From Actinocrinis puniceicyclus (GTDB lineage Bacteria; Actinomycetota; Actinomycetes; Streptomycetales; Catenulisporaceae), in NCBI RefSeq assembly GCF_018283645.1, contig NZ_JAGSXH010000001.1, positions 52,886 through 84,885 on the forward strand: a stretch of DNA of 32,000 nt. The letters are read 5' to 3'. Shown here one piece after another: positions 1-7,476 of the stretch. The notes under the pieces are model-generated. The model made no database searches. It saw only the letters and a list, made by a program, of their open reading frames with translations, and was not told the origin of the DNA. Within the stretch, counting starts at the first letter, position 1. Every line of letters begins with the position of its first letter. Both the position numbers and the translations under genes were made by a program.

Positions 1-478
1 GCACCGCGAACTCCGCCCGGTTGGCCAGAGTGTCGGGTACGTCGGCCGCGATCCGGCCCAGCCGCAGTGTCCGCCAGCCGCCGGGCAGCAGCGGATCCGG
101 CCCGTTGAGGACCGCGGCGGGGGCCGCGGCCCGCTCGAAGAGCAGCCGCAGCGGCTCGACGCCGAGCCGCCGGCGCGCCCGTCCGATCGCCGCCGCGCTC
201 GCGGTCTGCGCGCCCGGCGGGTACGTCAGGCCCGGAATACCGCGGACGATCTCGCCGAGCACTTCCTCGTAGGGTAGCTCGCCGAAGATCCACAACGCCA
301 GGGTGAAGTAGACCATCAGCCGGGCCGGCAGCAGCCGATGGCGTTGCTCGCGGCGTCCGAGCACGTCGACGATCTGGTCGACGTGTCCCGGGGGGAACGC
401 GCGGATCAACAGACCCAGCACGACTCGCTGCGGCAACCCTCCGCTCAGCGCGGTGGTCGTCTGGTCGGCCCGTGACAT
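1..478 (-). CDS. IS4-family transposase, N-terminal part (gene continues beyond the left edge)
   Basis: Absent from the ORF track because it is open at the edge. Hand translation of the minus strand from ATG (cat at 476-478) gives MSRADQTTTALSGGLPQRVVLGLLIRAFPPGHVDQIVDVLGRREQRHRLLPARLMVYFTLALWIFGELPYEEVLGEIVRG... This matches, from memory, the IS4 transposase N-terminal domain pattern (FP..VD.V....GR.EQR.R.LPAR..VYF.LAL). Third-codon positions are G/C rich. Confidence 0.7.
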   Translation of the reverse strand, partial: MSRADQTTTALSGGLPQRVVLGLLIRAFPPGHVDQIVDVLGRREQRHRLLPARLMVYFTLALWIFGELPYEEVLGEIVRGIPGLTYPPGAQTASAAAIGRARRRLGVEPLRLLFERAAAPAAVLNGPDPLLPGGWRTLRLGRIAADVPDTLANRAEFAV

Positions 479-620
479 GCGAGCACCCTAGGGCAGCCCA
501 ACCAACGGTCACACTGGCAGGACCCTAAGTTGACAGTCCCTTGGGGGGAACGCTTGTTGCCCTTGGCACACAGATGGCATTCTCGTGGCCCAGTCAGGGG
601 TAACCGTCAGGAGTAGACGA

Positions 621-1472
621 TTGGAAAGTTCCACAGGGCCCGAAGCTGCGAGTCCTGACAGACTTCCGAAACCGCCTCCGCTGCTTGAGGTGAGGGGCGT
701 CTCCAAGCGCTTCCGCGCACCCGACGGCCGCGCGCGCACCGCACTGGATGACATCACCCTGACCGTGCAGCCGGGCCGTTTCTGTGTCCTGATCGGGCCG
801 ACCGGGTGCGGCAAGTCGACCGTGCTGTCGATGATCGCCGGGCTGGTCCGGCCGAGTGAGGGCGCCATCCTGATCGACGGGCAGCCGGTGTCCGGCACCG
901 ACCCGCGCACCGGATTCATGTTCCAGAGCGACGCGGTCTTCCCGTGGAAGACGGTGCTGGGCAACGTCGCGGCGGGTCCCCGGTTCCGCGGGACGCCGCG
1001 GCGGGAGGCGGCCGAGCTGGCCCGCGACTGGCTGCGCCGGGTGGGCCTGAGCGGATTCGAGCACTACTACCCCTACCAGCTCTCCGGCGGCATGCGTAAG
1101 CGTGTCGCGCTGGCTCAGACGCTGATCAACGGTCCGCAGATCCTGCTGATGGACGAGCCTTTCTCCGGCCTGGACGCGCAGACCCGGCAGATCATGTCGG
1201 ACGAACTGCTGGGGCTGTGGGAGCAGCTGGGCGCCTCGGTGCTGATGGTCACCCACGACCTGGAGGAGGCCATCGCGCTGGCCGACACGGTGGTGGTGCT
1301 GACCGCTGGTCCGGCCACGGTGAAGAAGGAGTTCGCCGTGGACCTGCCGCGGCCGCGCAGCGTGCGCGAGGTGCGCTTCCAGCCGCGGTTCGTCGAGCTG
1401 CACGAACAGATCTGGTCATGTCTGAGCGAAGAGGTCTCCCTTGCTTATGCACGCGCTACGACCTCGCCGTGA
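621..1472 (+). CDS. ABC transporter ATP-binding protein, NitT/TauT (sulfonate/nitrate/taurine) type
   Basis: ORF 585..1472. Walker A GPTGCGKST, signature LSGGMRKR, Walker B ILLMDEPFSGLD and H-loop VTHD are present. Codons between GTG 585 and 621 are rich in rare A/T-ending codons. TTG 621 has AGGAG 7 nt upstream, so 621 is preferred and 585 remains possible. Confidence 0.85.
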   Translation: MESSTGPEAASPDRLPKPPPLLEVRGVSKRFRAPDGRARTALDDITLTVQPGRFCVLIGPTGCGKSTVLSMIAGLVRPSEGAILIDGQPVSGTDPRTGFMFQSDAVFPWKTVLGNVAAGPRFRGTPRREAAELARDWLRRVGLSGFEHYYPYQLSGGMRKRVALAQTLINGPQILLMDEPFSGLDAQTRQIMSDELLGLWEQLGASVLMVTHDLEEAIALADTVVVLTAGPATVKKEFAVDLPRPRSVREVRFQPRFVELHEQIWSCLSEEVSLAYARATTSP

Positions 1473-2313
1473 ACGCCCGGCGGACGCCGACACGCCGCAG
1501 GCCGTCCGGGGCGGACGCGGACGGCGCCGGGTCGCCATCGCCACCGTCCAGGTCGCGCTGCTCGTCGGGGGGCTCGGGCTGTGGCAGGCCCTTGCCTCGT
1601 CGCACAGCATCGACGTGTCCTTCTACGGCGACCCGGTCGGCACCTGGCGGCAGCTGCTGGACTGGATCCACCACGGCACCACCGAGGGGCCGCTGTGGCA
1701 ACAGCTGTGGGTGACTCTGCAGGAGACCTTCTTCGGGTTCGCCATCGGCGTCGTGCTGGGCGTCACCTGCGGGATCGTACTCGGCCGGGTCAAACTGCTC
1801 TCGGAGATACTGGCCATCTACATCGGGGCGTTCAACTCGATCCCGCGCCTGGTGCTCGGCTCGATCTTCATCATCTGGTTCGGCCTCGGCATGCCGTCGA
1901 AGATCGCGCTGGCGGTGCTGCTGGTGTTCTTCAACGTCTTCTTCAACGCCTTCCAGGGCGCGCGCGAAGTGGACCACGGGCTGATCGCCAACGCCAGGCT
2001 GCTGGGCGCGAGCCGGCTCGCGGTCCTCTTCCACGTGGTGGTGCCCTCGGCCTTCAGCTGGCTGATCGCCAGCCTGCGGGTGGCATTCGGCCTGGCCATC
2101 ACCGGATCGGTCGTCGGCGAGCTGCTCGGCGCGCAGCAGGGCCTGGGAACCCTGATCGCGCAGGCCCAGGGCTACTTCAACCCGGACGGCGTCTACGCGG
2201 GGCTGGTGGTCACCACGATCGTGGCGCTCGGCGCGGAAGGTGCGATCACGTTGGCGGAACACCGCTTGCTGCGCTGGCGCCCGCCCCGGCAGACGCTCGA
2301 ACCGGAGACCTGA
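1447..2313 (+). CDS. ABC transporter permease (NitT/TauT family, BPD_transp_1 type)
   Basis: ORF 1441..2313 (TTG 1441, ATG 1447). Multiple hydrophobic TM stretches and an EAA-type loop (FNAFQGAREVDHGLIANARLLGASRLAVLFHVVVPSA). The start overlaps the ATPase 3' end, which suggests an operon. Confidence 0.85.
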   Translation: MHALRPRRERPADADTPQAVRGGRGRRRVAIATVQVALLVGGLGLWQALASSHSIDVSFYGDPVGTWRQLLDWIHHGTTEGPLWQQLWVTLQETFFGFAIGVVLGVTCGIVLGRVKLLSEILAIYIGAFNSIPRLVLGSIFIIWFGLGMPSKIALAVLLVFFNVFFNAFQGAREVDHGLIANARLLGASRLAVLFHVVVPSAFSWLIASLRVAFGLAITGSVVGELLGAQQGLGTLIAQAQGYFNPDGVYAGLVVTTIVALGAEGAITLAEHRLLRWRPPRQTLEPET

Positions 2314-2398
2314 GCCGGCCCGCCTCGGGCGGGACCCGGCCCACCATGTCCGCACATCCACGCGGTCACTTCCCCGAACCAAGGAGAGCACAGTAAGT

Positions 2399-3454
2399 AT
2401 GTTGCGTCACAAGCTGACTCTCGCGGTCGCCGCTCTTGCCGCGGCCGCAAGCCTCACCTCCTGCTCCAGCTCCGGTTCCGGCTCCGCGGCCCCGGCACAG
2501 AACGCCGGCTCGGGCGCCCCCCTGATCACCGTCAAGGTCGCGGTGTCGAACTCCATGGGCCAGGGCTACGTTCCGCTTTTCCTGGCTCAGAAGCTCGGTT
2601 TCTTCCGCAAGCAGGGCCTCGACGTGCAGGTCGTGAACGTCTCCAGCGGCGCGCAGACCTTCTCGCTGATGCTCTCCAAGCAGGTGCAGGGCGTCGTCGG
2701 GTTCTACGACCACGACATCGACCTGGTGGCGAAGGGCACGAACACCGAGGACGTGGTGCAACTGCTCCAGGCCCCCGGCATGGTCGAGGTGGTGCGCGCG
2801 GACGAGGCGGACACCATCACCTCTCCGTCCATGCTGGCGGGCAAGAACGTCGGCATCTCCGGCCGGGGCGGCTCGACCGAGTTCCTCGCCGACTACCTGG
2901 CCGCGCACAACGGCGCGGCCAACATCCACCCGGTGGGCGTCGCGTCGGGCGCGACCTTCATCGCGGCGATGCAGCACAAGCAGATCGACGCCGGCGTGAC
3001 CACGGAGCCGACCATCTCAAAGCTGCTGTCCTCGCATCTGGCCAAGGTCCTGGTGGACATGCGCTCGGTGGCCGGTACCCAGGCCGCGCTCGGCGGGCCG
3101 TATCCCGGCACCGCGCTGAGCATGACCACCGAGTACGTGAACAACAACAAGCCCACGGTGCAGAAGCTCGTCAATGGCCTGGTGGAGTCGTTGCGCTGGA
3201 TCCAGCAGCACTCGGCGCAGCAGATCACCGACGCGATGCCGTCGAGCTTCTACAGCATTACCGGCAAGGACGCCTACGTGCAGGCGCTGGCCAACCAGTT
3301 CGGGATGTACAACCCGACCGGCCTGATGCCGACGGACGGCCCGCAGAGCGTCTTCCGCGTGCTCTCCGCGTGGGATCCGGCCGTCAAGGGACGCCAGGTG
3401 GATCTGAGCAAGACCTACACGGACGAGTTCGTGAAGAACGTACCAGCGTCCTGA
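2399..3454 (+). CDS. ABC transporter substrate-binding lipoprotein (NMT1/SsuA/TauA-like)
   Basis: ORF 2240..3454. The internal ATG 2399 follows AAGGAGAG (2381-2388) and opens a lipoprotein signal MLRHKLTLAVAALAAAASLTSC (lipobox LTSC). It is the third gene of the ABC operon. Confidence 0.85.
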   Translation: MLRHKLTLAVAALAAAASLTSCSSSGSGSAAPAQNAGSGAPLITVKVAVSNSMGQGYVPLFLAQKLGFFRKQGLDVQVVNVSSGAQTFSLMLSKQVQGVVGFYDHDIDLVAKGTNTEDVVQLLQAPGMVEVVRADEADTITSPSMLAGKNVGISGRGGSTEFLADYLAAHNGAANIHPVGVASGATFIAAMQHKQIDAGVTTEPTISKLLSSHLAKVLVDMRSVAGTQAALGGPYPGTALSMTTEYVNNNKPTVQKLVNGLVESLRWIQQHSAQQITDAMPSSFYSITGKDAYVQALANQFGMYNPTGLMPTDGPQSVFRVLSAWDPAVKGRQVDLSKTYTDEFVKNVPAS

Positions 3455-3489
3455 TCCGACCGGCCGTTGTTCGAAGGCTGAAACGATCG

Positions 3490-3518
3490 CTGCCGGGCAC
3501 CCGGAGGGTGCCCGGCAG
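3490..3518. terminator. GC-rich hairpin between convergent genes (bidirectional terminator candidate)
   Basis: CTGCCGGGCACC-cggag-GGTGCCCGGCAG is a perfect 12-bp stem. It lies between the SBP stop (3454) and the methyltransferase stop (3564). There is no U-tract, as in many actinobacterial terminators. Confidence 0.5.
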
Positions 3519-3563
3519 GCAGGCCGCGAGAGCAGGCCGGGCGGAGCGCCGGCCGGCCGCTGT

Positions 3564-4340
3564 TCAGACCTCGCGAGGCTTGCGCACGGCGCGCCAGAAA
3601 TTGCAGCGCATCGGCACCTCTACCGTCTCCCCGGTACCCAGGCGCTCGTCCCCGTTCAGGTGCTCGGTGATCTGCTGAAGAAGCGCCTCCCTCTTGTCAG
3701 CTGACGCGAGCAGGAAAGCGGAGTAGGTGGTCTGCGAGGCACTCAGTTCTTCTCGTGTGAGCGTGGTCGACCACAACAGCGCCGATATCTCGACGTCGGT
3801 GAACGGCGCGCCTTCGGGCAACCAGGGATCATTCAGAAAATGCTGGATCCGCGGGTAGACGACGTCGCCACCACCGGTGATACGGCGTCGTAAAGCATCC
3901 AGGTCCGAAACCCATGGGACGTTGCGGTCGCTGTGATTCCACACCAGGGCGAGAGTTCCGCCGTCACGCAACACCCGCGCCACTTCCGGAATCGCGCGAT
4001 CGGGATCAACCCAGTGCCAGGCCGCGGACATCACGACCGCGTCGACACTGGCGTCGGGCAGCGGAATCCGCTCCGCAACACCCTCCATCGCGGTGACGCC
4101 CGGGCAATTCTCCGCGAGGACCTCCCGCATCCGCGGGTCGGGTTCGACGGCATAAACCTGCGGTATCCGTGCCAGCAGGTGCCGGGTCATGGCGCCGGTT
4201 CCGGCGCCGAGGTCGAGCACCACCTCGCAGGAAGGCGGCAAAATGCGCTCGACGATTTCCGCGGGCGGCCCGACGCGATATCGGTCGTAATCGCGGGCGG
4301 CAGCACCGAACGAGGTGGAGAGTGCGGGATCTTGAATCAT
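3564..4340 (-). CDS. Class I SAM-dependent methyltransferase
   Basis: 258-aa ORF with SAM motif I VLDLGAGTGAMT, an acidic post-I residue (AVEPD) and a Methyltransf_11-like core (DAVVMSAAWHWV...GGTLALV). Confidence 0.85.
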   Translation of the reverse strand: MIQDPALSTSFGAAARDYDRYRVGPPAEIVERILPPSCEVVLDLGAGTGAMTRHLLARIPQVYAVEPDPRMREVLAENCPGVTAMEGVAERIPLPDASVDAVVMSAAWHWVDPDRAIPEVARVLRDGGTLALVWNHSDRNVPWVSDLDALRRRITGGGDVVYPRIQHFLNDPWLPEGAPFTDVEISALLWSTTLTREELSASQTTYSAFLLASADKREALLQQITEHLNGDERLGTGETVEVPMRCNFWRAVRKPREV

Positions 4341-4408
4341 GCCTGATAGCGTAGTGGCACGGGAATTGTTTCTGTAGAGGTCTGGTCTACTGATTTAAAA
4401 CCAGAGAT

Positions 4409-5014
4409 CTATGCGGCGAGCAGCGCATCGATCTGCGCCCTCGCGCTGTCGTTGTCCCGATACAGCACCGCGCGCAGACCTGCCTCGCGGGCACCGTCCA
4501 CACACACCTGCGAGTCGTCGAGCAGGACGCTCTCGGCGGGAAGCACACTCAACCGCGAACAGACCAGCTCGTAGACGCGCGGGTCCGGCTTGCTCAGGCC
4601 GACCTCGTGCGAGTACACGAGCTCGTCGACCAGGTCTTCGAACCCGTATGCCGCCTGTTCCCGCTCACGCGCGCCGACGAAGCTGTTGCTCAAGATCCCG
4701 GTGCGGTACCGGGTGCGCAGCGCTCGCGCGTACTCGATCAGTTCGGTGTTCGGCGTGCCGAGGTATTCGCGCCATAGATCGTCCACATATGCGGCCAACT
4801 GCCGGTCATCGAGCCCGAGGCGGGCGGTGAGCGCCTTGTAGACCTCGGATTCGGGCAGTGTGCCGACGCTGCCGGCGAGCCAGACGTCGCGCATGCGGGT
4901 GCTGATCTCACCGGCCGGCAGGCCGAGTTCGGCCTCCCAGTGCCGCTCCGAACCGAGATCCGGGGTGTACTCGAGCACGCCGCCGATGTCGAAGACCACT
5001 GCTTTGATCGCCAT
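4409..5014 (-). CDS. HAD-superfamily hydrolase (subfamily IA-like)
   Basis: Lies in ORF 4409..5509. The real start is ATG at 5012-5014, giving MAIKAVVFDIGGVL (HAD motif I DxG variant). It also has SN (motif II region), K (SKPDP) and LLDDS (motif IV). The upstream part of the ORF is an out-of-frame read of the neighbouring gene. Confidence 0.8.
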   Translation of the reverse strand: MAIKAVVFDIGGVLEYTPDLGSERHWEAELGLPAGEISTRMRDVWLAGSVGTLPESEVYKALTARLGLDDRQLAAYVDDLWREYLGTPNTELIEYARALRTRYRTGILSNSFVGAREREQAAYGFEDLVDELVYSHEVGLSKPDPRVYELVCSRLSVLPAESVLLDDSQVCVDGAREAGLRAVLYRDNDSARAQIDALLAA

Positions 5015-5049
5015 GAACGACACGCTATCGGTGCCGGGCCGTGTCCGAT

Positions 5050-5889
5050 CTAGTGGCGGCGCAGCGACCCGCGGGCCCGGCGGACAAGGGCGGCGCCGGC
5101 GGCCAGTGCGGTGCCACCGAGGGCGAGCCAGCCGCCCGCCGCGCCACCGGTCTGCGCGAGCTTGCCGGGCTTGGCCGCGGATGAACTCTGCTGAGCGCTC
5201 GGCGCCATGCTCTCCGGAACGCTCGGCATGGCGCTCGACGTGGCGCTCGACGTGGCGCTCGACGTGGCGCTCGACGTGGCGCTCGACGTGGCGCTGGCCG
5301 ACGGCGTGCAATTGCAGCTCTCGGTCGGCATCGGGGTGGCCGTGCTCGACGCCGACTCGGACGGCGATTCCGAGACGGTGGCGGACGCCGACGCCGAGGC
5401 AGAAGCCGAAGCCGACGCGGACGCCGAGGCAGAAGCCGACGGTGAAGCCGACGGCGACGGCGTGCCGGAGCAGGTCGACCAGAAGACCTTGTGCTTGCCG
5501 TTGCCCCACTCACCCTCGTACTTGAAGGTCAGCTTGTAGTGTCCGGCCGGAAGGCTCATGTCGGCGGTGCGGCCGCGACCGTTCGCGCCCAAGTGCAACG
5601 TTCCGCTGCTGACTTCGGCAGTACCGGTGGGTGGTTGTTGGTCGATGACCCAGTTGATGGTCTCGAAGGGGTCGTAATTGAACGCGTCGAGGTAGAACAC
5701 GCAGACGTGGGTGTCGTCACGCGGGTCGTTCACAGGCGTGGTGGACGCGTGGATCTTCACGTCCCCGTTGCTCCCGGGTGGCTGCATCACCAGAGCCGCG
5801 GCGGGCGTCGCGGACGCCAACGCCAAGGCTCCGAAGAGCGCCATGACGAGAATGAGCAGACGACTGCGAAGGCTGGATGAGCGCCGCAC
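5050..5889 (-). CDS. Secreted cell-wall-anchored surface protein with an LAxTG sorting signal (class E sortase substrate)
   Basis: Sec signal MRRSSSLRSRLLILVMALFGALALASA, then a ~110-aa globular domain of unknown function. This is followed by Ser/Ala/Thr/Pro low-complexity repeats ((SA)n, (TSSA)5). The C-terminus reads LAQTG, a hydrophobic stretch (GAAGGWLALGGTALAAGAALV) and a basic tail RRARGSLRRH. Confidence 0.85.
   Translation of the reverse strand: MRRSSSLRSRLLILVMALFGALALASATPAAALVMQPPGSNGDVKIHASTTPVNDPRDDTHVCVFYLDAFNYDPFETINWVIDQQPPTGTAEVSSGTLHLGANGRGRTADMSLPAGHYKLTFKYEGEWGNGKHKVFWSTCSGTPSPSASPSASASASASASASASASASATVSESPSESASSTATPMPTESCNCTPSASATSSATSSATSSATSSATSSAMPSVPESMAPSAQQSSSAAKPGKLAQTGGAAGGWLALGGTALAAGAALVRRARGSLRRH
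5230..5289. repeat. Perfect 12-nt tandem repeat x5 (GGCGCTCGACGT), in frame, encoding (TSSA)5 on the minus strand
   Basis: Five contiguous identical units were read directly from the sequence, with a degenerate sixth unit following. The repeat lies inside the surface-protein CDS. Confidence 0.9.
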
Positions 5890-6024
5890 AATGCTCCCTA
5901 TGTCTAGGTAGACACGGCTTGATGTGCCTGTGGTGCTTCGAACGCTAAGGGAACATGGCCGCGTCTCGCAGAAGCAATGCTGAGGATGCGTCAGTTTTTC
6001 AGGCTATCGGCCCAGCGCCGTTCA

Positions 6025-6513
6025 TCACTTCGGCGGAATCTCGCGTTGCGCGAGCCGCGCGCTGGCGGCGTCCAGCGACTCGGTCAACTGCACCAGGCGC
6101 GCCCGCAACCGGTCCCCCTGCGCGGCGTCCAGGTCCACCGATTCGGCGAGGCGCGCCTTCATCTCGATGATGCGCGGCTCGAGTGCCATGCCCGCCGCGG
6201 TCGGCCACACGAGCACGGACCGCTCGTCGTCGACGGCGCGCCGCCGTTCAAGAAGGCCGGCCGCCTCCAACCGCTTGAGCAGCGGGGACAGGGTGCCCGA
6301 ATCCAGCCGCAGCTTGGCCCCGAGGTTCTTCACGCTCAGCTCGCCGTGTTCCCACAGCGCCAGCATCACCAGGTACTGGGGGTAAGTCAGGCCGACCTCG
6401 CGCAGCACCACGCGGTAGAGGCCGTCGAATGCGCGCGCGGCGGCGTGCAACGCGAAGCAGAGTTGCGCGTCGATGCGCATCGACTGCTCGACTCGGCCGT
6501 CGGTGATGCCCAT
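6025..6513 (-). CDS. ohrR: MarR-family organic hydroperoxide resistance regulator OhrR
   Basis: 162 aa with an N-terminal sensing Cys in QLCFALHAAARAF and the winged-HTH LTYPQYLVMLALWEHGELSVKNLGAKLRLDSGTLSPLLKRLE. It is divergent from ohr. Confidence 0.85.
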   Translation of the reverse strand: MGITDGRVEQSMRIDAQLCFALHAAARAFDGLYRVVLREVGLTYPQYLVMLALWEHGELSVKNLGAKLRLDSGTLSPLLKRLEAAGLLERRRAVDDERSVLVWPTAAGMALEPRIIEMKARLAESVDLDAAQGDRLRARLVQLTESLDAASARLAQREIPPK

Positions 6514-6549
6514 GAGTCCATGCTACCTCAGTCGCGCGCCGCTCAGTAG

Positions 6550-6585
6550 CGCACACTTAAGTTGTGCCCAATTTAATTGTGTGCG
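6550..6585. promoter_or_regulatory. Putative OhrR operator in the ohrR-ohr intergenic region
   Basis: An AT-rich island in a GC-rich genome. The outer inverted repeat is CGCACAC...GTGTGCG. It encloses the palindromes ACTTAAGT (6555-6562) and CAATT-T-AATTG (6569-6579). The latter resembles the known OhrR box core (ACAATT-AATTGT). Confidence 0.6.
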
Positions 6586-6642
6586 ATCATCACATCGGGG
6601 GACGGCGCACCGGCCGCCCCCGGACCTCGAAGGACGGACACG

Positions 6643-7050
6643 ATGAGCATTTACACCGCAGTCGCCACCGCGAACGGCCGCGAGGGCAGGGCGGTCAGCT
6701 CCGACGGCCGGCTCGACCTGGCCCTGGCCTTTCCGCCCGCGCTCGGCGGGGACGGCGAGGGCACCAACCCGGAGCAGCTGTTCGCGGCCGGCTACGCGGC
6801 CTGCTTCTCCAGCGCGCTCGGCCTGGTCGGGCGGCAGACGAAGGTGGACACCAGCGAGATCTCCGTGACCGCCGAGGTGAGCCTGGACAAGGACGAGACG
6901 GGCTACGCGCTCTCGGTGGTGCTTCGCGCCGAACTGCCCGAGTCGCTGGACGAGGAGACCGGCCGCAAGCTGCTGGAGCAGGCGCACGGCGTGTGCCCCT
7001 ATTCGAAGGCCACGCGCGGCAACATCCCGGTCGAGCTCGTGGTGGAGTAA
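6643..7050 (+). CDS. ohr: Organic hydroperoxide resistance protein Ohr (OsmC/Ohr family thiol peroxidase)
   Basis: Lies in ORF 6577..7050. ATG 6643 is preceded by GAAGGACGG. It has both catalytic Cys contexts (AAGYAACFSSAL and AHGVCPYSKATRGNI) and is about 135 aa. Confidence 0.9.
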   Translation: MSIYTAVATANGREGRAVSSDGRLDLALAFPPALGGDGEGTNPEQLFAAGYAACFSSALGLVGRQTKVDTSEISVTAEVSLDKDETGYALSVVLRAELPESLDEETGRKLLEQAHGVCPYSKATRGNIPVELVVE

Positions 7051-7132
7051 GAACACGCGCGGCAGGCGCCCCAACCGGGCCTCTCCAGCTCTCTGATACG
7101 CACGGTTCAGTTCCCGGATAATCGCGCACCCG

Positions 7133-7160
7133 CCCACCGACACACCCACCGACACACCCA
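7133..7160. repeat. Intergenic 12-nt direct repeat CCCACCGACACA x2.3
   Basis: Read directly from the sequence. It lies immediately 5' of the ohr terminator hairpin. Confidence 0.8.
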
Positions 7161-7194
7161 GTGGCGGCACCGCTTTCACGGCGGTGCCGCCACT
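7160..7194 (+). terminator. Intrinsic-terminator-like hairpin downstream of ohr
   Basis: AGTGGCGGCACCGC-tttcacg-GCGGTGCCGCCACT is a perfect 14-bp stem, followed by GCGTTGTT. Confidence 0.6.
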
Positions 7195-7476
7195 GCGTTG
7201 TTCCAGGCCGGGCCGGGCTGCGCCGATGCAGGAACGGTTTTCGGCTTGCGCGGCGCGCGCCAGCTGCGCGCTTTGCCTACTCATTGCCAATCGTGACCAT
7301 CAGGGTACTTGTCGTGACCGCAGTGTGTTGCCACACTGCGCAATCGGTGCCACCCCGCCACCCACTGCTGTCACGGCGGGGTGGCACCGCATCCGGCCCG
7401 GACCGCCACAAGCGTGTCCGCGGCGTCCCTCGGATCCTCTCGGGCAACAGCTCGGCTGTAGAAGGGATCTACAACC

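Noticed and set aside
564-579. A sigma-54-like -24/-12 element TGGCAC-N5-TGGCA upstream of the ABC ATPase gene.
   Set aside because: Actinobacteria are not known to encode RpoN, and the -12 half is TGGCA rather than TTGCA. It is most likely a chance match in a short intergenic region.
2240-2398. An N-terminal extension of the SBP ORF. A similar case is 28571..28831 ahead of the second SBP.
   Set aside because: The internal ATGs (2399 and 28832) are each preceded by a Shine-Dalgarno sequence. ATG 2399 opens directly into a lipoprotein signal peptide. ATG 28832 opens a ~35-residue basic leader followed by the lipoprotein signal and lipobox. The extensions overlap upstream genes in another frame and are Arg/Pro-rich.
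5230-5289. Tandem repeats that might at first glance suggest a CRISPR-like array.
   Set aside because: The units are 12 nt, directly contiguous with no spacers, and sit in frame inside a CDS. No cas genes are present in the window.
5015-5509. The upstream half of ORF 4409..5509 and ORF 5025..5513, which contain striking peptide repeats (HVERHVERHVER..., PRRAPRRAPRRA...).
   Set aside because: These are out-of-frame readings of the 12-nt (TSSA)5 microsatellite inside the surface-protein gene. The HAD hydrolase starts at 5014 with its DxG motif immediately after the Met.
6523-7290. A 255-aa minus-strand ORF spanning the ohr gene and its terminator.
   Set aside because: It is antisense to a textbook Ohr sequence, runs through a terminator hairpin and has no recognisable domain.
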